A stretch of DNA of 63,954 nucleotides, the filler included, from Conidiobolus incongruus B7586 (taxonomy: Eukaryota): assembly GCA_000697335.1 (NCBI GenBank). It is 10 parts of 10 records of this genome, joined end to end, with 100 filler letters (N's around TTAATTAATTAA, not from the genome) between each part and the next. Parts side by side here need not be neighbours in the genome. Positions count along the whole stretch, not along the records: positions 37,320 to 49,624 come from JNEM01006718.1; 9 more parts are not named here. One strand, 5' to 3'. The position numbers and the translations under genes were made by a program. Positions within the stretch are counted from its first letter, which is position 1, and each line of letters starts with the position of its first letter. The notes under the pieces are model-generated. The model did not search any database and was not told where the DNA came from. It saw nothing but the letters and a program-made list of their open reading frames with translations. Of this stretch, positions 39,602 to 49,724 are shown in pieces.

Positions 39602-41234
39602 TTAATGGAAAGCCTTGGATTCCAATAACATTTCGTTTTGAGGATCCAAACCGAGGCAAGCACGAAACAAGTTTTCCATAGCCATACGTTGCTTAGCGAG
39701 AGCGTTGACGACGGGGGTATTGGGAGGAACCATGGGGGCCTTAAGCATGTATGAGAGGATGGACAAGACGGAGTGGAAGGGAGCATATTCTTCCATATCT
39801 TCAGTACGATATTGGATACGAGTCATCAATTCGGTGATCATGAATAAGTCAATAATCAAAGGTGAGGCCAACAAAGAATCTTCACAGGTGTTATAAAGAG
39901 AGATGGTGTTCTTACCGTTCATGAAGATTTCACTGACGTATTCATCTAAAGCTCTCTTGGAGTCACCAACAGTGGGGACATACTTGATGACAACGACATG
40001 GTCAGGATGTTCATCCTTGGAGTATAAGATATTGTTAGCTTCAACCATATCGTCAACAACGTTACTCTTGGAGATTTCCTTAGAGCGGAATTGTTGAGGA
40101 GCAGACAAATTCTTACCGTCATTGTTACCCAAGTGGTTGTAACTGGTGATAGCAATGGGCTTAATACCAGCATTGACTAAGAAGTCAACAAGAACAGATT
40201 TGACCTTGGTTTGACCACTCTTGAAATCGTCACCACCAATGTAGACACGGTGACGTTCAGCCAATTCAATGACACCAGGAACAAAGGTGTTTTGAGGGCT
40301 TCCGTTAATGAAAGGAGAGCCTTCCAAAATACTAGCCATGGCGAAGACGGTGGAGGGGGAGACTTCTTCGTGACTGGTCTTGACAGAGTTCAAGAGATTA
40401 TCGGCAGTATCGTTGACACCTTCGATAATGCTAGCAAAACGTTCGGTGTTAGCGGTCCACAAGACAATAACCTTATCCAAACCATGAGTGGCCTTAAAGT
40501 TACGAATGTCTTGACGGATGTGTTCTAAGTGAGCTTGCTTGTCATTGCCGGGAATGACGTTGTCAGCACGTTCGTTTTGGTTGGCAGCAATGAAGTCAGG
40601 ATAGTAGATAGAGGGAAGAGGCTTGAGTTGGCTCATTTCATCCTTCAATTGGCGTTGAAGGTCATAATCCAAAACTTGAGCGCGTTCCATGGCTTCAGCG
40701 ATGTTGGCGCTGTTAATATCCCAACCGCCCAAGACGATATCATTGGGGTGGACCATAGGCAAGATATCTTTGAAGGGGATGAAGACATCCTTTCCGTTTT
40801 CATCAACCCCAAGCTTCAAAGTGGAGGCCATGACGACGGAACCGTAATAGTTGGGGGATTTGATTCCTTCTTTGGTATGCCATTGGACATTGCGACGGTT
40901 AGCGGCAATACTGGCAGTGACGGTGGATCCATTGTTACCACCCCAGCCGACCATCATCAAACTGATCAATTGATTAGAAAAAGAGAATTAAAAGTAATTT
41001 TAACTATGCTTACCCAACTTTGGGAAGTTTGATATCAGTCTTGAAGTGATAAGTAACGTCAGTAGGAGTCACCTTTAATTGGCCATCGGCGGTACGGGAC
41101 ACTTTGGAGTTTCTGTAATGATACTTGGATAAAATGTGCTCATCGGTATATTGGGTAGATTCGGATTCTACACGGAACTTGAGGCTGGTGCTACCTTGAG
41201 CTAAGCTTTCGGAATTTTTATTAAGAGGAGGCAT
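39602..41234 (-). CDS. INO1: myo-inositol-1-phosphate synthase; exons 41234-41014 and 40961-39602
   Basis: [27 protein letters not shown] and [14 protein letters not shown] signatures. Intron 41013-40962 restores the frame (KVG|LMMVG). Confidence 0.97.
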
Positions 41235-43863
41235 ATTGAATTCAAGTTTAACAGCAGGTGTCACTGATAATTATAAACTACTTAGATTGTTTAGGTTTAG
41301 ATCCCACTCGAATATTACACCTAATAGATAATAGTAATAATTAATTTTGATGAACATTTGATTTTTTTGGAGCTGTTGTTTAATGTAGAGATCAATAGTG
41401 TAAATTAAAGGATAAAATGAAATAAGAAACACTTACCTGAAAGGATTATGGAGTGAGGAGAGAAGATTGGCGAAGATTTTGGAAAAACTTAAAAGGGTAT
41501 GAAACCGTTGAGAGCTCTTTTGTAAATTGTCTGTGCCGTTGGCAACCAGTTGATTCTTCAAAAGAAGTGTATTACGACCATTCAACATTCATGGAGTTGC
41601 TCTATTTAAATATTTAGAATAATGGATTACAAATTTTGGTATTCAAAATTCACATTCTTCTCACTTAACTTGAATGATTAATATGTCACAATAATTCTTC
41701 AATTTGGGTATTTGGTGACGTGTAATATCGTTAATAACAATAGGTTTCAAATATAGTCTAATTTATGCATCATCTGAATCAGCATTATATAAGCAAAGAT
41801 CTTTGATGATTGATCATAAGTGAATTAAGCAAACTTTAGCATTGCTTAATTTATTTGATATCAGTTATTTTATGTACTCTTAAACTGATAAAACCATATT
41901 TTCCAGTTAATTTTTCTGATATTTTATCAGTTTCTGAGTCAAATACGTATTAAATAAAATATATTTTGGAATTTGTTTATTGGTATTTTGATTATTTTAA
42001 AACTAAATTAAAAAGTTTATGAAATTTGAAAAATTTATCATTTGACAATTTATTCAAAAATCTGTTGATTTTATTATATTTAGCAGAGAATATTAATAAA
42101 TAATGCTTTCATTATTCGAGTAGCTGAATTATGCGGTTATAATTTAATGCATCTTTTGAAGGTTATTTTCAAATTTCCATAATCCTAGCCAAAATATACA
42201 GTTATAATATTCAGCTACACTTGATTGTTGAAATGTCAATATATTTTATATTTAATAATTTTATTATTCACTTATAAAGTGTATTAACTTTTAATCTAAC
42301 TGTATATTATCACTTATATTAATTGGCCAAGTTTGAAAACAAAGTATCAACTCGTTTAATTCAATATTGTCACATTTGTAAAATGAACAATCTTTAGGAC
42401 CCTCATTTATTCATATACATATAAACCAAATATAAATTTACATATAGCACAGTATCAATGGTGAAGAAATAAACACCAGTTATAACTAAAAATAATTCTA
42501 TAAAGAATGTTTAGTACATTCAATATTTGATAAAATATTCGCTTTTCATATCGATTTAATACTAGGATTATTTATTAGATCCATCATATTGGGAATTCCA
42601 ACTTAATCCTTTATTAATAAATATTTGCAAATAGGTTGAGATTACTAGTATTGCAAAATTATAAAATCAATTAAAAGCAACTATTATTATCATATTATTT
42701 CCAGTGAATGATTATTATAATATAAATGTATGTTTCAGAAATAATAAATTCAGTTAATAAATAGGAAATATCATTTGAGTTAATCAGCTAATGTATAGTT
42801 TTTTGAAATCGAAAAAGATAATAATTTGAATTATATATCATGGTAATTCTCACTTTCATTTAAATTTATTTAAAATGGAATCTTTTTATACACTAATATA
42901 ACAAGATATTTTTTAAAAATAACGAATAGCATAAGAATTTATTTAAACTTTAAATTGTTAATTCAAAAACTATAGATAAAGTATATACCATATTTTGATA
43001 TGCAAGGAGTATTAAATCTTCAGGAAGATGACTGCCAGAATTGCTAGAGTGTCTGTAGGATTATATATTTAAAAAACTTTATGTTGTTTTGGAAGAATAC
43101 TTAAAAATAATTTACTAAAGAGAAAATTCACGTATTTGATCAAATTAATTTACTATATCCATTAAATAGTGATAACACAATGGATTGTTAGATATAGAGT
43201 GTGGATTTACATTTAATGAATATACATATTTTAAAGTCATATCACTTGATCATTATATTTCTATATTTTTGAAATTGGTTTTATATTATTAATCTTCCTA
43301 AATTTCTAATTTTGAAAATTTGTAAAATTTTGCAATGTCAGATATTTGGATAACTATTAATAAATTTCAACTTAAATCAAAATATAATTTTTAAATAATA
43401 AAATCCTAATATAAAATGAATTTTATATTATTAATTTTTATCTCTTAGTGTTCATTCTGAGATATATTTGTTTTTGGAAAATTTTAAGTTGAATAGCAAA
43501 AAACTCAAATCAAAAAAATTCAACTTGAAAAAACTATAACTATTTATGTATTAGCTGATAACCATTAAAAATAATGGCAAAATGCTGAGTTTTCACAGAC
43601 TAATATGAAGAGAAAATATAACAAGTATTTTGGTATTCTCTAGTTTAGAAAACCATTATTAGTATTATTCGCAAACTCCAATGTATTTTGTTTTCAATAT
43701 CTTAGGAATTGGAAAAATAATTAAATTGGCAATATTTCGTTAAATTTCGATATTTAGTTCAATTAAATATATTAATTTATAAATAAAATATCAAGAATTT
43801 AGTGTAAAAACAAGATTAATATAAAACTAGATAACAAAGTGAATAAAATTAATAATGATAAAA

Positions 43864-43935
43864 TGACGCGTGAGAGACTCGAACTCCCAGCCTTCCGCTC
43901 TGGAGGCGGACGCGCTACCATTGCGCCAACACGTC
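43864..43935 (-). tRNA. tRNA-Trp (CCA)
   Basis: GACGTGT TG GCGC AATGGTA GCGC G TCCGC CT-CCA-GA GCGGA AGGCT GGGAG TTCGAGT CTCTC ACGCGTC A; complete cloverleaf, T-tract downstream. Confidence 0.95.
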
Positions 43936-43947
43936 TTAAGATTTTTT

Positions 43948-44504
43948 TGACAATTGTTATCTAATGGTCACCTTTTCTCACTCAAAATCACCGATCATCC
44001 CAATTAAGTCATATAAATAATATTAACCAGTTGTGAATAAGCCTCTAAACCCTTGTTATTACAATCTCTACATGTTTTACAACCTTATTATTGATTCGTC
44101 ATAGCCTACTTATGCCAATACTTTCTACTCAATTCTAGTGGCACTTTTCTCTATTCTACTTTACAAATAAACCTTATTTTTCTACTCAAAACCCACTTCC
44201 GAGCATACTCAAGGAGTCATCTATAGCTTCACTTGAGACATATTCCATTATCCGCTCTACATCTATTCCTACTGATATTCTGTAATCTACTTTCTTAGTA
44301 TGTCAGATTCTCACACTGCCACTGTTGCTGCTGATCTAGTCGCCTTCTTCAACACTTCATTTACCAGTAATCATGGTCAGATGACTAGGGAACTGGCCAT
44401 CCGTAACCTACCTCAGTTTGTAGGCACCATGCTTCATAATTTAGCCTATACAATGGCTATGTCAGTGTTTTCGATGACGCTCAAAGAGCTAATAACCACG
44501 ACAA
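43948..44504 (+). mobile_element. Solo-LTR-like repeat, copy 1, immediately upstream of tRNA-Trp
   Basis: Direct repeat of 48561-49135. TG.../TGT start (43948 or 43955) and ...CGACA(A) end; TATAAAT at ~44012 and AATAAA at 44166. Confidence 0.7.
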
Positions 44505-45149
44505 TTTTTGATTAAAATTTAATTAACTCATTATATTTGAAACCTTAATTTCCTATTTTTTAAATATATAATTTTCAAATTTATTTTGTCACATTTCATT
44601 CATTTAAATAAGTTAAATTTGATTTCAATTAAACAATATATATATTTTTTATAATATATCATAAATGGATTATTTAATCTTTGTAATTATATATTAATAT
44701 CAACTCATAAATATATATAATAATATTTAAAATTCAAAACTATAATTATGTGAACTATCAGTAAAAATTTTATTAAAAAGAATTTAATATTTCAAAATTT
44801 TTAATTTGATTAATGGGTAAATTTAGAATAATTAAGATACCTAAGATTTAATCAAGATCTATTAAGTTTAGAAATTTGATAAATTGTTAATTATTATATT
44901 TACGAAATAAAGTTGAAAAAACTTATATTCAATCTCCAATGTCAATATTCATATTTTTAATTTGTTTTAACCTAATTCTTTTTTAATCTTTCAATTTCAT
45001 ATTTTTATATTATTGATTATTGGGAAATGTCTATAAATTAATTAATTCATAATAATTTTAATATTATAATTTCAACGAATATTAATTATAAATCATTGAT
45101 ATTTATATATTTTGTTGATTGAATGAACACTAAAATACAGTTAATGAAG

Positions 45150-48100
45150 TTATGGCATACCGTTGAAATCTACCGGAATTTCTTTGAACTCTACAGTTGG
45201 TCTATTAGTCAATATCTGAACATTCTTCAATGGACGATCGTTAGGCTGATTCTGGCGTCGCCAATCGGAATAGGTATGCGTAAAGCGAATGGGTTTGGGT
45301 TGGAACACCTCTCCAGTATCTTCTACTGAAGGGTCAGAAGTGTTAGCTGAGGATTTGGTCAAGTGTCCAAAGTGAATATTTTTGAATTGAGCTATTTGGG
45401 GATGCGATTTGCACAGGTCCGGATACTTTTGAATCACATCTATGACCTTTTGAACGCGTCTTTGAACTTGCGCGTCGTTGATGCGTTGTTGGGGTCTCAC
45501 TCCCTGCTTGGCGTCTGTTCCATTGGAATCGTATTTGGCCTGTTCCGCCAGCCATTTTGAGAAGGACTCCCACCTTGCTTGAATAGCCTCCTGCTTTCCC
45601 TTCTCCAATTTGATCTTGCTCAAGGGTTGGAGGAATGCGGAATTCGACTTCAGATTCTCCACTTTGAGTGGCGGCATTTTGAAAGCGCCTTTAATGGATC
45701 CGTTCAAATACTGCTCTTCGTAGTTCTTGACACATTGGTTAAAGTTCTTCTGGAGTGCTTCGTTCTGTAGAGGATTTGATAGAAAGTTAGAGAGTTCCTC
45801 CTTAAACGCTTGAGATGGTATATATGCTTGAGTTGTTTGAAATCCCAAATTTCTCATATTTCTAGAAGCTGCAATCGCCGCCTCTGACGGTATGGTAGGC
45901 ACAGTCGTTTTTGAAGTGAGGTTGTCCTTTCGAAGTGGCTTATCAGGGAGCATCTGTTCGGGCTGAGGATTACAAGTCTTTAATAAAATATCCACAATTT
46001 GTTTCGCTTTTTCGAATTCTATCAAGCAGAATTTGTATACCGATAGACACGAATTAATCCACGAAGCTGGATTGCTTCCCTCTAATTCCGAGATAGTTGG
46101 TTCAGAATTGGAGAAGAAGACGTGGGGAGCGATGTGACCGATCATATTGGACAATTCCTTACGCTCATTCAAAACCGATTCAATCGTTCCTTGAAATAAT
46201 TTGCAATATGAATTCAAACTCATAAAATGTTGGCCAAAATTTGAATTCAAACCACTCATCTGATGCATAAGATTTGAGTAATCCTCGGGAGCCAACACTT
46301 TTTTGAAGACTTCTGTGGAATTCATAAAGCAATTTATAGTAGAATAAAACTGTTTGCTTTGGGTTAATAAGAGTTCGGAATTGGCGTGAATTTTCCTCAA
46401 CTCCACAAGTAGGCATTCGAAGGGTTGGAGATCTAAAGATACGAGGACACCTGGGGGATCCACTTCCAAATCGTTGAGCATTGAAGTGAATGCAGTCTCC
46501 CAATTGTTGCGATTCTCTAAGGCGTTCGCGGTTTGCTTAGTGAATTGGTACTTTTGTTGGACTTTTTCGCCCCAGCTGTTTATCTTGTTCTTGAGGCTGC
46601 GAATGTCGTAACTGTCTTGGATTTTCATTTTGGAGCTCAGGATTTTGAAATTGTCTACGCGTTTTCGAATGAAATCTAATCGATATAAGATCCATTTGTA
46701 AACGAGTGTGTTTTCTGCTGGGTTTGGTAGAATTTGATCTTCAGGTTTGTTCAAGTGCTCTTTAGGTTTGGTAAAAGGGGGTGCAAAATCTATATGGTGA
46801 CACGTTTTCACCTTAGGAAAATCAATCTTATCCAATTCTTTTAACTTATCAGGATTTCTCATAATAATAATGAGAGCATTATGGGGAGCAGGACGATAGG
46901 TAGGATTATAAATTAACGTACGTTCTAAATAATGCGCCATATTCAGACATTTACAATTCAAGATATTGGGCAATGACCTCGCCAAAGGCTTTTGATTTTT
47001 AATAATTCCATAATGTGGTAATTTCTGCAGTACTGGTGATTCCTTGTCGTCTGGAAACTCCTTCTCGTTAAGCGTACCCAGATATTTGTAGATTTCGTTT
47101 AGTTGCTCCTCGCGAGTTCTACCGCGCATAACCCCAATGCCTAGATCCATCTGGAGGAATACGACCGCTAAACTCCAGAGATCGACCTTTTCTGTAAATT
47201 TTTCTACACCCATTAGTATTTCAGGAGCTCTGCACGATGTGGAAGTGGGGGTTTTGTCCAAGTACTTGGTGAATGCTCTCGCTTTAGAGCACATGGCACT
47301 AAATCCTGTAAGTCGAATTCTTCCATCGGTGTTGATTAAAATATTTGAAGCTATAAAATTAAATAATTTAATATATTAAATGATGAAACATTAACATTAA
47401 CTTACGACAAACATTATTATGGATTAGGTTAGTACTATGCAAATATCCCAAAGCTCTCAATATATTACAAATAATCTTTCTCTGATGCGTAAACGATAGC
47501 TCAATGTTTGGATTCATTAAGAGGCCCTGAAGATCGTGGTCATAATAATCCATTTTAATGAACTTTTGAGGCTGTTCTTTTGGTGTTAAAACTATATCTC
47601 ATATTAATCAACTTAAAGTAAATTTTAAATATAATATTTACTCTTATTGGATAAATATCCTCTAGTTTCTATGAGATAATCTTTGAAAAATCTTATTTCA
47701 TCCATATATCTGGAGTAGCCATTCATCTAATCCATATGTTAATATAATGATATTTGAACACATAAATATAATAATAATAATAATACTTCGTCATTAGATT
47801 GAGGTACATATTTAGCTACACACAATTCACCCTTTGGCATTTTCACAACAAATACAGGTCTAAATCAAATTATTAAAACTATGATTCTATCTAGAAATAT
47901 TAAAAAAATACCTATTAGGATCCTGATTCAACACCTTAACCACTGTGCCTTTCATCTGGTTGGTGCACAGCGCCTTCAACTCCTCACCAGCCACCTTGAA
48001 ATTCTTCTGAATGTCATACAAGTAATTGTTAAACATAATATCCCATCGCGGTATAGAAGTTGGAAACGAAGCATCGAACTCCTTCTTTCTGTAGAAGTTG

Positions 48101-48156
48101 TGAAAACTTTCTTCGTACCCATATTCGTCGGAAGTTAGAAATGAGAAATCGGTCAT
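45150..48156 (-). CDS. CDK (CDK9/12-like)-derived probable pseudokinase with long C-terminal extension, multi-exon
   Basis: Exons give ELCVAKYV, MDYYDHDLQGLLMNPNI, LGYLHSTNLIHNNVC|PSNILINTDGRIRLTGFS and RAPEILMG...VDLWSLAVVF, followed by ~550 aa of helical/low-complexity sequence. Confidence 0.8.
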
Positions 48157-48474
48157 TGGTTAGGAAATTTTATTTAATATTAATTTGTTAAATTAGAAAA
48201 ATTAAAATTAAATGATTTTGATTATTGCTAAAATTTTATTTTATATTTTTAAATTGATTTTAGGGTTAAATTTTGAATATGTGGACCTTGGTAACATATT
48301 AAATAAATTAATAAATACAATTATTGATTATGGGAAATATAGTAATAGATTAAAATTTTCAAGAATAATTTGAAAAAATTACAAAATATAGTAAATCAAA
48401 AGAGAAGTATAAGTATGTAAAAATATTTTCTAGAAAGTGGTTTAAAACTAAAAATAAATCTGTCATTAAATCTA

Positions 48475-48547
48475 CACCCAACGTGGGGGTCGAACCCACA
48501 ACCTTGAGATTAAGAGTCTCACGCTCTACCGATTGAGCTAGCCGGGC
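48475..48547 (-). tRNA. tRNA-Lys (CTT)
   Basis: GCCCGGC TA GCTC AATCGGTA GAGC G TGAGA CT-CTT-AA TCTCA AGGTT GTGGG TTCGACC CCCAC GTTGGGT G; complete cloverleaf. Confidence 0.95.
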
Positions 48548-48560
48548 TTGTTAAACATTT

Positions 48561-49135
48561 TTACAATTAAATTGTTTTCTAATTGATACCTTGTCCCACA
48601 CAAAAATCACTACCAAATTACCAATCACTCTAATTAAGTCATATAAATAATCCCAACCAGTTGTGAATAAGGTTCTAACCCCCTCATATCCCATTGTCCA
48701 CATGTCCTTATAGCCATATTATTGATTCGTCATAGCCTACTTATGCCAATATTTTCCACTCAATTCTAGTGGGACTTTTCTCTATTCTACTCTACAAATA
48801 AACCTTATTTTCCTACTCAAAGCCCACTTCCGAGCATACTCAAGGAGCCATCTATAGCTTCACTTGAGACATATACCATTATCCGCTCTACATTTATTTT
48901 TACTGATATTCTGTGATCTGCTTTCTTAGCATGTCAGATTCTTACACTGCCACTGTTGCTGCTGATCTAGTCACCCTCTTCAACACTCCATTTACCAGTA
49001 ATCATGGTTGGATGGCTAAGGAATTGATCATCAGTAACCTACCTCAGTTTGTAGGCACCATGCTTCATAATTTGGCCTATACAATGACTATGTCAGTGTT
49101 TTCGATGACGCTCAAAGAGCTAATAACCGCGACAA
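48561..49135 (+). mobile_element. Solo-LTR-like repeat, copy 2, immediately upstream of tRNA-Lys
   Basis: Direct repeat of 43948-44504 with long identical runs. TGT at 48573, ends GCGACA(A). Confidence 0.7.
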
Positions 49136-49452
49136 ATTTAATTTCAAAATTTTATATTTTTAAAATTGTTAAATTAAAATATACAAATCATTATTTTGAT
49201 AAATCCAACTCTCAAATTTAAAAAATTCAAGTAATGTTTAATTTTCAATTAATTTATCCTTTCATTCTTCTCAAAATTCAAATTATTAAATACATAATTA
49301 TGTAAAATATTTCAAAATTTATTTGTTACAAGAAATTTTATAATTTACCCTCAATATTATTTATATATATCAGTTAAAAAATTATAAATATTTCAATTAA
49401 TTAATAATATATTCATCAATTATAACTTATGAATAGCTATATTTTGATATTA

Positions 49453-49624
49453 CTCTGCATTTTTAATAATGGGAATTTTTTGTGATTGAAAATAAATAAA
49501 TATTTTAATATATAATGTATAAAAATAAATATATAATATAAATTTAATAGTTTCCTTTATTATTAATAACTTTTTGCTATACTTTTAGCAAAGATCTAAC
49601 ATTTAAAAAACAGTTCTTTTTATT
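49453..49624 (-). mobile_element. Mariner right end (subfamily B), cut by gap
   Basis: TA + CTCTGCATTTTTAATAATGGGAATTTTTT TIR; matches 37323-37495. Confidence 0.85.
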
Positions 49625-49724
49625 NNNNNNNNNNNNNNNNNNNNNNNNNNNNNNNNNNNNNNNNNNNNTTAATTAATTAANNNNNNNNNNNNNNNNNNNN
49701 NNNNNNNNNNNNNNNNNNNNNNNN
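49625..49724. other. Artificial scaffold gap linker
   Basis: N44-TTAATTAATTAA-N44. Confidence 0.97.

Noticed and set aside
41640..41725. Near-match to the yeast inositol-responsive element (ATTCACATT) and a TGACGT site upstream of INO1
   Set aside because: Does not match the CATGTG core; short motifs are not significant in this background.
43948..49135. Single LTR retrotransposon whose two LTRs captured the kinase gene
   Set aside because: No gag/pol, PBS or PPT inside; the kinase has introns; each repeat has its own tRNA at a similar offset. Two independent insertions fit better.
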